A stretch of 64,000 nucleotides of DNA from Raillietiella orientalis (taxonomy: Eukaryota): positions 2,728,001 to 2,792,000 of the forward strand of contig JAYWIR010000029.1 in NCBI GenBank assembly GCA_036172245.1, given 5' to 3'. Shown here piece by piece: positions 1-14,039 of the stretch. Positions within the stretch are counted from its first letter, which is position 1, and the number at the start of each line of letters is the position of its first letter. The position numbers and the translations under genes are program-made. The notes below the pieces were generated by a model that was not told where the DNA came from, searched no databases, and worked only from the letters and a program-made list of their open reading frames with translations.

Positions 1-760
1 TTTCGCTCAGGGATGGCAATTTTTTTCTCTTTGCTAATTGCATTCCACAAACAGGATGTAAGGCTGGAACATGCAGGAAATCCAATCTACAAAACAATAA
101 AGATCACGATAATGATTTGCAAAAATAACAAAGGAAATATCATGAAGAAACAAAAAGAGTTCAAAAAAAACAACCTGATGCCAAAAAATATTAACAACTC
201 GCATAGCATTACAATTTACAAACAAAAAAAACTCCATTACAATTTTCAAATACTATGGCAATTGAACTATTTAAATTATGCAAATATGAAAATGAATAAC
301 ATCAGCAAACCTATTTCACAGAAGTACTCTAAGACTACAATGACACAATTACAGTCAATAATAATAGCACTTGATACTAGTTAAGCAAAACAGAGTGTAG
401 CATACTGCACTACAGATCAACTATCAAACTCATACCACATCATTCAGATAACATTTCACAAAATTTGCTGCAGTAACTCAACATTTCCCAACAAAATTCC
501 TCCTTATGAGTGCAAAATATGAAACTATGACGAGAAACTGACACTGACTATGTATAGAATTTCCTTATAAAAACTAAAGCATTGAAAAATAACCAAAATC
601 AAGTTTGCCTTATGCACTCTGTGCTGCAGAGCACTGAATGATAAACTACATGATCTTCAATGGTATTTCTTTTATTTATAAATTAGTTAAGTAGAAATCA
701 GAAACAAGACATATAAAAAGGAAGATTATAATTTTTGGCAAGCCACACTTTGATGCATCC

Positions 761-790
761 CTTGTAACAGGACTTCTTGTAACAGGACTT
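761..790. repeat. Perfect 15-nt tandem duplication (CTTGTAACAGGACTT x2)
   Basis: Read directly: 761-775 = 776-790. Confidence 0.9.
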
Positions 791-3700
791 TCTTCTTCTT
801 AAGAACTTAATTTGTTGGGAATTCGGCTTTAAAGAGATAAATTTTACATTCGCAGTAATACTAATCTTGGGGTTTTTAACGACCTAAAGACCAAATATTA
901 ATCCCCAAAATTTCAGTGTGTAATCTTTATAAGGGTATTATAATTTTCCATATTTTTGTAGGTAAATGCAGTAGGGGGAACAGTAGAGGATAAAAACAAC
1001 AAAGGGGCAGAATTAGAAAGACGAAATACAAAAATGGGAAAGGTTATAGGCAGCCAAGTGTCAGACAAAAGAACAAAACAGTCACTGTTTAAAAAAAAAT
1101 GATAAATTATGACGAATCGAATTGACAATTAAAAATAATTCCATCACACTAGATGCTGCCACCACACTTGTTTTTACCCAGGAAGGTTGCTCCACAAAGT
1201 TATAGGGCAATGCTCTGTCAACTACAAAATTAAGTATAACAAACATGAGGAACTTTATCACATAATTCTTTTGTTTGATACGTAATGCATCCCAATTGTT
1301 GACTCCAAATCATAAAGTACACACTTGCATGCACGTACATATGAATTTAACTTAATGTGAATATAACTTAATTTTCTCAATGTGAATGAGTACCATATTG
1401 GCCTTATACCGATGCGGATATGTTTTAGAAACCTTCTTAAAAAATGCAGTTACATAAGCTTATTGTTACTCTGAAACTAGGCTGCGGAGAACGGTGAACA
1501 GCATTCTCCAAACCTTCAAATCATGAACATGGGTTTGGAATTTGGCGACATGAGCTTTAACAGAAAAATTCTTTCAGCTTACTTGTGACAGTGTTATTGC
1601 ACCAAGACTGTACATGCTTTAAATTAACAAATTCTTGCTTCAATCAACCGATATTTCTCTTGGCATGCTTTCACATTCTGTAGACATCGCAGCGTATATT
1701 CAAACTTCACACTAATCACAGCAACCCCTTATGTGTACCAGTGTCCGTACGTTACGTTAAAAAGTACCACATTTTCTTTTCCCACAATTAGCTCTTAAAT
1801 TCTATTTTAAAAGCTAATTGTTTAAACATACATTAATTCTATTTTATTCAAAACAACATGTTTATACAGTTGCTTAGAAAATTTATTCTGTATTTCTTCC
1901 GATATAAATACTGAGTACTATTAATAGCACTGAACACTTAAGTACAAAAGAATGAGTAGATTCAGATATGCTAAATTTTAATATATATTGAATTTTTTCA
2001 AGAAAAGAACCCAAATCAGAGTGATCTCATGGGATTTTAATTGAAATATTGATCCATAATTGTAATTTTCCTATTATTGTAAGAGGATTAAATGAAGGAA
2101 GTCTTTCTCTGAGTTTCAGAATTAAATATTTTTTCCAGTAATTTCATGCTCCGATTGAGAATCCATAACAAAATCACTCTTTTAATTTTCACTTGAATAT
2201 TAGCTCTACATTGATGGAATACAGTAAAAGTGAGATAAAATTTAATAAGACGGTTTCATTTCATTAATAATTTGCATTACTATGCATAAAGAAGAATTTC
2301 ACAATAAGGAAAGCATAACTAAGGAGTATACTTCATTGTTTGCTTGTGCCTGTGTACAAGCTTTGTCTGAATTCCAGTTTCTAGGACAAGCACTCTAGCA
2401 GTATTAAACTTTTACTGAAAGTGAAGTAATATTCGAATGAATTTATACATCTGTAATGAATTTATATAATACAATCATGAGGCATTTGAAACTTATTTTT
2501 AACATTAGTGCTCCTTGAAACTTTGAATTAGTGCTATGAAGAATTGCGGTTATATATATTTTTTCCTATTCATAAATTGCTTTCCGTACCTAAACAAAGA
2601 AAGCATATTTGCTAACGAAAATGGAACTCCCCCAAAATTCAGTTTTGCTCATAACTAAATACTTATTTACAATCAAAACATGCAGCTTCTTAAAGTCCAG
2701 AACACATATCGAAAATGTTTTGCAGGCTAAGACCAACTGAAGCTTTTGCAAATGTAATAGCTGTGACATGAACAAAGACTTCCAATTACAGTTTTCGATA
2801 TAATTAATTAAAATTGTTGCAGTTATCCAGGTGGAATTAACATTAATCAGCATTACTTCATCAGGCATAGAAATAAGGGGAAATGATCTCCATTAAGAAT
2901 TTAGCAAAAAAAAGAATGCTCTGACTGTTTCTTATATCTTCATGAAAGAAATATGGTTTCAAAAACGCGTCATCTTCCCCATTTGACCTGATTGGAGCTA
3001 AATTTAGTCTAAAAAATACCAAGAAAACTAGAGAATAAGAGAGTTTCAACCAAAAAAGACTCCTAGTTCTTGAAAACATACGAAATGAATTGCTAGAAGC
3101 TTTTGGTGCTCGTTCATCCGATAAATAATAAATGCCATTGTCCAGACCGTAGTTTCTGATTTGTCATAGTATTGGAAGCGAAACGGGAACTAGAATTCTT
3201 CCTAAATTTCCAGTAAAACTCATTTCGTTATTGAAATGTACTCTGATTAGAGAGTTCGATTGCATTCCGCTTTTTGATTCCTGTTTGATTGTGTTTTTAT
3301 ATTAGTCATAAAATCAACAAATAGTACATTGTACGTAATCGGATTAACAGCGATGGCTTTTGTAACGATAATTTAATATCAGTAAGTCATCTAGAAAATT
3401 TCTTTCATTATGAATTATGCCAGCATATTCATTTACTGAATGCCACTTATAGATTTTGTGTCTTGAGCAGCTACGTTCACTGAAGAGAGAATTGTCGAAG
3501 TGTTTTAATTCGAGTTTCGTTATTCGACAGAAAATAAAATAGATAATTTCAAGAGATATTCAAACTAAGTGCAGAGAACTTTTAGCATTGAAACGTTCCC
3601 CCTTTCGATTATAGATTGTTTGATATTGTTCGTTTTTCAATCTGATAATGGAATATTTAATAAAGTTTAATGAAATATATTTTACAACTGCGATTTTCTT

Positions 3701-5164
3701 CTTTATCTAGTAGAAGTTTACATTATCATTGGAAATCAATTCTCTGGTTTCCTAAAAATTCTCACATGGTATAAATAAATTGTAAATAAATATACGAGTT
3801 TCACAAAAGATTGATTTTCAGTTATTGGAGATGCTTGAGTTTCTTGATGCTAGTTTTCCACCACTTTATCTAAAATTGAAAGATGTAGCATGTATTGTTT
3901 ACTTTAACTTTCTCCTTACCCCTTTTTTGAGCTCATTTTGTTATGGTACTTAATTGTATCTAAAACTATAATGTAAATTTTTCGATTCTTTAAATTTCAA
4001 TTAGTTCAAATTTTCTAGTTATTTTTGATCGTGATGATCTTCAATTTTATACTATTGGATGGGAGTTTCATGGTATTGAAGATTGTGAAGAAATTTGCAA
4101 TTTTCAGTAAAGCAACCTATTTTCATGTTATTTATAAATACTGAAAAATATAATGTTTTCACGTTTTGAGTGTTACAAAGTAATAACAGAAAAATTATGT
4201 TTTGAAATTGAGAGAAAATGTAAGGATGAATAAGAAAATAAAGCAATCGATTGTGATATTTTTTAGTGAAGTTGCAAGTCCGTATGAAAGAACGAGAGTG
4301 CACAGGTATAGACAAAGTGAATGCTAAATTATCTAAAAATGTTTCATTATCATTATAAAAAATGACATTAGAGAATGAACGTGGCTCTATTTGTCTAAAA
4401 AATTATTTTAGAATAAGGAATGAAACTAAATGTTTCAATTACAGTAATTCAAATATTATTAAGTATTCAGTTATGGTATGAATAAAAGTTATTTCGTTAC
4501 TGATACTCTGGACATCTCGGAAGTGAAACAAGCGTTTCCTACAATCGCTGGTGAAACAGTGAGATGTCTATGGGTAGCAATTTTGGTGATTTATTTTGAA
4601 AACGTAAAGTTAAAATTTTTAAGATTAAATATTATTTGTTTTAATATGGATGCTCATTTAAAAGAAGATATCACTTAGGAATATAAAATGTAAGAGTTGA
4701 ACAATATAACGCTGCTTTGCAAAGCATAGAATTATAGTTACTAAAAATTAATAGCTTGTTCTATGTAATGTTACCCATATGTATTAGACAAAATATGCTT
4801 CAGCGAAATAATGTGAAATCCTTTGATTTTAGCGGTAAAAGCGTGTTCATTGAAATGTATGAATTAAAATGGTGGTTAATTTACGCATGTAGTATGCTAC
4901 TACTGTATTTTGATTAATTTGATATTTTAATGGACGTACAGTATAAATATTTTTAAGGTATGTATATAGAATAATAGAGTAAATATAAAGTTCTCGAGCC
5001 GTGTTTAGCCCAAAATATCGTGGAGTGCAAACGTTTCTTAAGGTCAAGTTCAAATCTTTGCAAAAGAAGCAGAGTACTTACACCGTAGAATGCAGTTTAC
5101 TGTGTAGTCCCTAGCGGTATTAATAGTCTTGCTCAAGTGATGCATTGGTATTTGGGTGGTATAA

Positions 5165-5881
5165 TTTGATTGATTGAAAGTAATTCATGGTATTCATTAT
5201 GAATAAGCGAAAAGAATATTGATTGTATTTTAGAATGTGGAATTTAAAAATGTAAATGCGTTTAAATTATGTAACCAGTATTTAAGTATCATGCAGCAAA
5301 TTCACTTGTAATATTCCTAAATATGTTAAATTTGATGCACTAGTGATTGTAATCAGATGGTAAGATAGAAATGATTGAAGTAGAATTGGTGTGGAGCTTT
5401 TGAACTTTGAAAAGATTCTACATTAAATGTTATGATGATTGTTGATTTATCGTTAAGGTTATAAATTGCAATTATGGGCTGATGTTAAGCAAATTTGTGG
5501 CCCTAAACATGGTGTCAGATATATTTGTTAATGATCCTATTTTTAGCTTGTAAAGTACTTATCTGAAGGAGTTTAATTAATCTCCATTGGTAAATCTAAA
5601 AATACGATAAAACAAAGCCAAGCGTTTGTCAGAATCATTGTGAAATCACAGGCTCAGATTGTCATCAAGCTGGTCTGTGTAATAAACTACATAATTTTAT
5701 GTTTCTTTAGATATTTGCTATATTAATTAAATGCATTTGAGTTTTATGTAATATTTTAATGATTGCTAGGAGTTTGATTGATTGAAAGTATAACCTAGTA
5801 ATTCTTGGTATTCATTATGAATAAGTGAAAAGAATATTGAAGATTGTATTTTAGAATGTGGAATTTAAAATAATATAAATG
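5165..5881 (+). repeat. Diverged ~100-bp direct duplication (5165-5258 and 5773-5881) just upstream of the large ORF
   Basis: Both copies read TTTGATTGATTGAAAG...GGTATTCATTATGAATAAG.GAAAAGAATATTGA...TTGTATTTTAGAATGTGGAATTTAAAA, with small indels. Confidence 0.9.
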
Positions 5882-5894
5882 TATTAATGTAGAA

Positions 5895-8800
5895 ATGGAT
5901 CTTGATATACCATTACCAGAAGAATGCTCATCTAGATTTTCGATGGATGCAAGTACTTTGGAGGAAAGTTCCTTGGATTTTTCAGATTCCAAGTTAGCTC
6001 AAGAAAAGTCAGCTAATTACTCATATACTACATTAGGTGAAAGTACTCAGAGAGATAGCACTGATGATACCTCTGAAGCTGATATAGGTTATGATGAACA
6101 AGAGGAACAACAGTCAATGCTGGAAGATGCCAAGTATTCACCAAGTTGTATGTCTGAAGATAGTGATGATTACAATCATGAAGCTAAAATTGAGACTGCA
6201 GGCACAGTTCTTCCTCCAATACCAATGATGCCTTATACTTTAATGGCTGAGACCCCAAAGATTCGTCCTCCCATTAAATTTTTAGCCAAAGGGCCTGTAT
6301 TAGGAAAAGAACAAGCAAAAAAAAGACTAATGGCATTTACAATGGCAAAACAAACAGGACCTGGAAATATCAAATCTAGACTTAATAGGACTGAAGATGA
6401 ACCTGTGTCTAGTGATGATAAAGCCAATTTAATGAAAAATCAGCTTCGTGAGGATACAAGAGACAATGTTCGTAATATTGCTGGAATAATGCAAGAGGAA
6501 TTGAAACTTAAAGAGCAGCTAGCTCGTCAGAGAGCTGAGCAAGAAGCACGTCATGAGGCCATTAGAGCTGAATTACACAGAGGCAGAAGAAGAAGGAGAG
6601 GCCCAAGCCCTTTTTATGGCAGACATAGAGGTAGTCACCATCAGCACAGCAAAGATAGAGAGTATCATAGAAATTGGGAAACAGGTCAAATGAAAGTGTA
6701 TAAAAGAGAGAAAGATGCAGATGGTGATTATAAGAAGGACACTTCGCAAGAATTTTTTGAAAACAAAGATAAGAGAGCTATGTACAATGAAAATCGGTCC
6801 CATAGACGAAAAGACATGGAAAATCGCTTTGGTCGCAGTGACCGTAGTTATGGTAGGAATAGAGATGATAAAAAACATAGAAATTTTTCTGAAGATAGTA
6901 ATGCAGAATTGTTCATAGCCAAGGGCGTTCATGGAGAAGAAAAACCTTTTCCACGAATTATTGTTCAGTACACACAAACAAGACCACGCCTTTCCTATTG
7001 CCCCAATCCAGATACGTTTCAAGAACCTCAAAATTGTGAGCCACCTGTTAGAATCAGCAGTGATAATGAACCTGCTGCTCTGCGTGCTTTGCAAGTACTA
7101 TATGAAAATGCTGGAGAGTGCTCTGAAACAGATGATGAACACTCAAGAAAGTCTGTACCAGAATCTGAAGAACAGTATTATGGTGTTGAATCTAAGACTG
7201 AGAAAAACTTAGGTAGTATCAATTCGAAGGACATGAAGCTTGATGCAGAACTTACTGTAAAGTCACGCTGGGATTCTGACTCAGAGGAAAAGTTCAAAGA
7301 GAAGGAAGCATATCCAGCAGTGTCCCAAAGTTTGCCTTTGACATTGTATTCACCTGAAAGTTTGCATGCCCTTGAATCCCCTGAATCAGTGAAATCTCAA
7401 AATGTCAGCAGTTCTGCAGCTCTTGATGATCTTTCCAAACAAGAAACAACTGCTGGGGAATTGGAAAATGAATATGAACGTTTCTTGCAAGCTGTGAGTG
7501 ATCCTTCAAAGGAAAATAATGACAAGCAACTAACTTATGTTTGTGAACAAACATCAGCTACAAAATCACCAGTGCATTCAAGCAAAATGTTAAATGCAGC
7601 AATTGTAAATATAGATGAAGCAGATTCTAGAAAAGTAGATATTCATTATGAGATCAAACCCTGCCCAGTAGATAATCATTCATCATCAAGCTCCAGTTCT
7701 GAGAGTAGTGATTCGTATTCAGAATCTAATGAGAAATCTCAGAAACGTCATTCAAGCAGACATAAAAAATATTCAAAAAGGCGTGCTGCCGATAAACATA
7801 AATTGAAAAAAAGGAAAAAGAAAAAGCGAAAACACTCTCATCATCATCACAAAAAAAGAAAATCTGATGAAGATGATAGCGCTGGACCTGGCCATGGTAC
7901 TAGTAGTGAAACTCCTTCAGAAAGAGGGCACAAACATTCTTCAAAATACAATACTCGTAAACATTATAGCTCTAGTAGTAAAGGTAACAGAAGCCATTCA
8001 AAACATAATCAAGATGATTTAGAATCTCAGAGTTTAAGGAGTTCTAATGCAGAGAGCTATCAAATGTACGCATATTCCGAGAAAGCAGGTAATTGTAAAA
8101 TGGAGAAACCATCCAACTTTTATTCCTTTGACAAGACTCATTTTTTCGTAGAATCAATTGGGTCAAGAAGTGCTTTTGTAGAAACAAATCACAGTTGTGA
8201 TTCCAATGATAATTCCGATGTGAATTCTCCAACAGCACGAAGTAAATCTGTTACTTGTTTTGATGAAGTTAAGCTGGGAAAACCTTGGTTTAATAACTCA
8301 CGTAGTTGTGAACCTGAAATGAATACCCAGAGCCAATTTAGAAGAAGTACATTAAATTATTTGTTGCAAGATGTTGCAGACTCATGTACCCTAAATTTGA
8401 ATCTGAATACTGAATCCTCTGTTCGTGATTCTCTTTCTTCGAATTTTCAAGGTATTATATCAAAAGAAAATTGTGATGTTATACATGCGGAATCATGCAC
8501 AGCTAGCATAATTGATCGTAATTCTTCTGTTGCTAAAACAAAAAAATCCGGGTACGAAAATGTTTTATCTACGGATTCTTTATCTAGTTCATTAGATGAT
8601 ACTCATAATCCATCGAATTCAAAAAAAGAAAATAGCAAAATTTGTTATGCAGATGACGAGTTAGATTCAAACGAAACCGCTGACACTGATGTTAAGTTCA
8701 ACATGAAAGAAAGCGTTCCAAGTTTTGACGATCAAAAAAATGTGCATGAAGATTCAGAGCCTTCTTCAAGTCGCACTGGTTTTTCTGAATCTGAAGAGAT

Positions 8801-11622
8801 AAATGCTTGTGCTTCTGGGTCGTGTAGCTTCAAATTAGGTACTAAAAATGAAGATAGTTTGCAACAGGTGGTTCACCCTGAAACTGTGGTGAAGACTGTA
8901 GAGTCAGAAAGTTTTAAAAGTCTTAGATCGGCAGAATCACAAAATTTTCCGTTTGCTGGTTTTGCAAACTTTTCCCAGTTACGCAGCACGGATGGTACTG
9001 CTGTCAATGGACGATTGCTAGGAGGTGGTGTTCATGAAATATCACATTGTGCCAATGCTCAGGCCTCTGTTGAAAGTCGTTCTCAGCAGCAGATGGAAGG
9101 TGCATGTGATATGGACATATCTGAAGGAGAAGAAGATGCACCTGAAAAAGAAGATGCACCTGAGGAACCGAAAGTTCCAGAAATGTCCAAATCGGAAGTA
9201 ATTCTTCCCCCCAAAGTGGAGAAATTGTATGTCCGTTGGCCTGGACTTTCAATTACTTGTGGATGGCCAGCAGATGCATTTTTGCCCGGAAATACGGAAT
9301 CAGATGTTGAAGAAACTCCAGATTCTCAGAATGTTGCTGCATGGCAACCGCCACCACCTGGTGTTCCTGATGGTGGTTGGGATCACGAGCTAACAGTGAC
9401 ACCTCAGCCTGCTCAACCAGCTATTGATATGAAAGCAGTGATGGAAGAATTAGGAAGGCGTGCTTTACGGATGGGTCTTACTAAATTCCGTAATTTTTCC
9501 CAGCTCAGTGCAATGGAAGGAGGGACTGTAGATAAAGAAACAGAATCTGTGAGCTCGTCTAGTCTTGCAGGTAGAAAAGAAAAAAGACGTAGTAGGAGCC
9601 CAAGATCAAGAAGCGGGAAAACACACAGAAGTGAAAAAAGAAAGCGTTCAAGATCAGGAAGTCGCAGACGCTCGACTTCACGTGGGCGGAAGAGATCGCG
9701 TTCACGAAGTCGCAGACGCTCTCGGTCATGGAGTAAGAGAAGGTCGTATTCAAGGAGCAGAAAACGATCTTCATCAAGAAGTCGTAGACGTTCGCATTCC
9801 AGACATCGTAAGCGATCTTCATCTCGCACTAGAAAACGATCACGTTCATACTCAAGAAGTCCACATCGCAAAGCAAGTCGCCATAGCCCGAAGAAACGGC
9901 GAAGATCGAGAAGTCCAAAAAAGCATTCAAGTAAGCATGGATCTCATAGTCCACACAAGAAGAAATCGAAAAGCCCAAGTAGAAATGATAAAAATTATAA
10001 GTCTCCTCCAGAATCACAAGAACAGAACACCGAGCAAGAGTTCACTAATTACAGCACTTCAAACGGTGACAAAATTTACGAAGGACCCGAACCACTTATG
10101 TCTCTCGAAGTGGCCAATCCTCAGGTTTCGGATTCTTATTCAAGACCAAACACTTTTTCGTATCCTGAACAGCCACTGACTTCGGAGTCTGAGCTTCCTG
10201 GAACTTATGCAGATGTAGGTTCTGGCGCTTATGTGGAACCGGAATCCGAATCAAATTTTCAAAGTTGCAGAAAAGATGATACAAAGGTTCCCCCAGACAC
10301 CCAGCATTTGCAAACAATAGCCAGATTGCAAGCACTTGCTGGAATGCCTTCTGCTGAAGGTTCAACAAAACTCGACAGAAGAAGGGAACTTAACTTAGGA
10401 CAGAAAGCAGACAATCGGAAACCTGAGTTCCTCAGCTATGGAGCCGACATGCCACTTCCAGGGCAGAAAACAACCAGTGGAGGTCATATACCTGAATCAT
10501 TGGGAAGTGGCCATGCTTTTAATATCAACTCTGATCAATTTGAGATTGGTCTCAAGCCAGAATTTTCAACTCAGAACCGTAAAGCAGAAAAACCTAACTC
10601 TGAGTCTTCAGTACTTTGTGATGGGTCAGACCTGCATACTTCCATGCTTTGGCAGGAACTATCTGGATTTGAAACAAAAACTGAACATGACAGTTCTCTG
10701 ACAAGACTGAAATCATCAGCTAATGCAGGAAAAGGTGATCAAGTTAATCCCGTTAATCAAGATGATGGAATGGAAACAACTAACAGAATGGAGTTGTCGA
10801 TGGCAGAGATGAAAGACGATCTATCGAGTTTGGAAGGTTGTTTGGAGGGTTCAAGTGCTGGTCATTCTGAAGCTGTTTTGCATCCATTGCAACGTCTGCT
10901 TTTACATGCTCGTACTCCTGTAGAGCGCATGCAAATCGTCAAGCAGGCAGTTGAACTAAAACGAGCAGCAGCAAAAGTACTTCAGGCCAAAGCACCTCAA
11001 CCCTCAGTCCAAAAATCCAAAAAAAAGAAAAAGAAATCTAAACGAGAATTACTGGAGTCCATGGTGGAAACATCACAAGTGGAAGGTGTAATTACCAAAT
11101 CAGATGAATCTTCAGGTCCTCTTGTAGAAGATGGAAAATTTGTGCAGCTTCCAGCATCTTTCGAAGCAGTGCCCCAGAGGGAGGCTGTATCAAGCAAGAG
11201 TATTCTGCTTCAGCCAGGCCTACGGTGAGCCTGCTGAGCTCGTGCAGCCCCGGTGCCAGCCCTCATGCATCCGCAGGAGCAGGGGGGATGTCCACAAGAG
11301 TGTCCAGTTTGCTGATGGTGTGCGACCTGGTGAGGGATCTTCCTCATCTGATGACCATGATGACCTCGCTTCACCCCCACCACCCCTTTATTGTGAAGCA
11401 TATGGCAAGTACAAGGTCGGCTTAGGGAACTGCCTCGCCGCACTCGGACAGAGTGCAACTCTTCAGGATGAGGACAGCGATGAGGAAACAGAATTGCCTC
11501 CATCTCCTCCTCCTGGAAGTCCCCCACTGTATGCATATTTCTTCTACCCTGCATCTTGCCGTCTGGATGCAGCTACGCTACCCTCCTTTGATCGACTGTT
11601 TGCAGATGCTGGATACGTTTAG
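5895..11622 (+). CDS. Large disordered Ser/Arg-rich (RS-domain) nuclear protein, probable splicing-associated PP1 interactor. Coding exons: 5895-11224, 11277-11415, 11467-11622 (the last intron is in-frame and could be retained)
   Basis: The 1777-codon ORF ends in CG|GTGAGC. A 52-nt intron (11225-11276, ...CCGCAG) joins it in frame to SRGDVHKSVQFADGVRPGEG. Other features: long RS dipeptide tract (~9587-9980), poly-Lys/His NLS-like tract (~7800-7860), KSRWDS motif (7260-7277), RVxF-type KSVQF, stop TAG at 11620-11622. No folded domain or orthologue name recognised. Confidence 0.85.
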
Positions 11623-11628
11623 TCTCCT

Positions 11629-11634
11629 AATAAA
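11629..11634 (+). promoter_or_regulatory. Candidate polyadenylation signal AATAAA (a second one at 12217-12222)
   Basis: Canonical hexamers 3' of the stop codon; which one is used is unknown. Confidence 0.35.
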
Positions 11635-12413
11635 GGATTTCTCCAGCTACAAAAGACTGGCTGTGTCTCCAGGATACTTCTTTTTCAAATTGGAGTGTAG
11701 CAGGTACTATTAAAGAAAGGAATTGATCGACAGAGGTGAGTTATGGCATCTGCTCCGGAACTGTGGGTAAATTAGATTGTCAACATTTGGCAATGCACAA
11801 CCTAAGTAAATTGACTGATGTTGCTGTTTGTGATGTTTAATATTTTGGTTGTTTTTATTGATGGCACTGTATTTCCGACATTCTTACCAATATAATAATG
11901 GCACTTTTTAGTTTGGATATGTGTCATTCCTGTTTTTACAAAGAGGTGCAGATTGCATCCATGAACGTCTTCCCATTGTGCACCATAAAATATGATTTTC
12001 AGCTATAGGTTATCATGTTGCCATTTACTTGGATAACGTTCTGCAGAGCATTCATTTGGAAGCCGGATTTTACTGTCGGTTCTGGGTATCAGCATATAGT
12101 TTTCCAAAGAAATAATTTGGATTCACATGTAAAAATTATTGGTTTTGATTTTTAATATTCTTATTAAAACGAACATTCCAGTTTCAAATTGATATTGCTG
12201 TCATTATTTTCTAAGCAATAAAATATACTTGCTTTAGTGAATAGATAAATAAATATTTTGTCACACGTATTAGTTAAGTAATTTTATTCTTTATGCAACG
12301 CAATGTTCGTGTACTTCTCCAAGATGTAAGAAACGTGCAGTATAAGGTGCTGATATTTTTGAAATTCGTCTTTTCCCGTGAAACATCAAATTATTTACGA
12401 AAATGCGTTGCCC

Positions 12414-12415
<2 letters not shown>

Positions 12416-12486
<71 letters not shown>
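12416..12486. repeat. (TG)n microsatellite, ~35 units
   Basis: Uninterrupted TG run. Confidence 0.99.
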
Positions 12487-12487
<1 letters not shown>

Positions 12488-14039
12488 AAATGTTATGAAG
12501 AATAACATTGTATACCAACTGTTGATTTCGTTTTTTTTACAATCAGAGTTGAAACTATCTTAGTTTGAAAAGTTCCATACTTCATTTTTCTACAGTTATG
12601 AAGTGATTGACTTTCTGTGCAGAATATCGAATATCATTGTAATATATTTGGTTTGATGAAGGATTTTCAACATTAGTAGCGAGTAGAGGGTTTTGTGGCT
12701 CCTTTTTGATGATTATGACGTTGTAGTTCATGTAGATTTCGTGCATGTTCTAGGCAATAACATTTTAGGAAAATTTGAAAAGCCTTTTTAAAAAAGAAAA
12801 ATCGAGCTGTAGTTCTGGAAAATCTCATATCCGTATGACGCTTAAGCGTGCAACAGCCTTGGCATAAACATTCAGTGCTTTAAAAGTGTTGCCTGAAGCT
12901 TGAAGTAGAAACGAAACCTGATCAAAATATATAGTATGGTGCAGCAGAAGGGAAAGCAGCGTAAACATCTGATTGGAATAAGCTCGCGTACTTGATGCTT
13001 TTTGTAGCGGCTGAAATGTTTGTGTACAGCTTATGGGCAATGTTGATTGCCGAGCACTTTCGCTTTCATTTATGTTTTTGTCGGAGGAATTTCCTGTGGC
13101 TAAACGCAGCAAGTTTCATCTAAGAGTTATCGATACTGACTAAGAGAGTACTGCAATTTTCCATGGCGATTTCCAAAACCGATGGTTGCTTTTTGAGACT
13201 TTATGTGCAAATTCTTCAAAGTTGTAGAGACCATCATAGCAGAAAATCCAAGCAGTTTATGGATGTGAAGCAGCACATAGTTTTAACCCGTGTTGTGCCA
13301 GTTTTCAGTCACTGGTTGGCAGAATACCTGCCTTTCTCATTGGTTTCACATTCCAGTTTTTTTGAACGTATCAGTGCAACTTGTTTTTTTTTATTTTTTT
13401 TCATCGTCCAGGAACACGTGCTTTCGACGTGATGCTCTGTGTACAACGGTGAATCTGTTTTGGTTGCATGTGCGATGGGTTCTTCGCGGAACCGAGTCCA
13501 GAGTGATTTCGTCCCCTGACTTTGGCGTCTCCTTCGTGTCCCAATGTTTTGCGGCTGTGCTTATCCCCAAAATAATGCCGAAAGTTCCCACTGGAACCCC
13601 TTGTTTTGTCGTAGGCCATGCTACCATGATTCCCAATATCTTTCGGGATCTAAAGTGATGACTGGGGACGCCAGCTGTTTTCAAAAAAAAAAAAAAGAAG
13701 TTTATATTTATCATGTGGGTGCAAGATACGATTTATCTTCATAGCTGCTCTTCACTTTCGCACATACTTCGGGAAATGCTTTATGTGTCTGCGAATGTAC
13801 CATCAATTAAGTAGAGCTAGGTGAGGAAAAGTAACGACTTGAAGATTCCCATAATTGTTTTCGTAACCGACTTTCTGATGCTTAATCTCATGACTATGCT
13901 TCTTAGCTGATTTTCTTCTTCCTGATTTCAGAATAAAGGATATGTTAAAGATTTTTCGTCAGAGCATGCTTGTAGTAGGTATTGCTGTTGTTTAGTTTTG
14001 ATCTCTACTAGTGGTTTTTTTTTCTTTTCCCGTTAACTT

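Noticed and set aside
9413..10179. Antisense and alternative-frame ORFs over the RS domain
   Set aside because: By-products of repetitive RS codons.
12293..12563. ORFs with (CV)n repeats
   Set aside because: Translation of the TG microsatellite.
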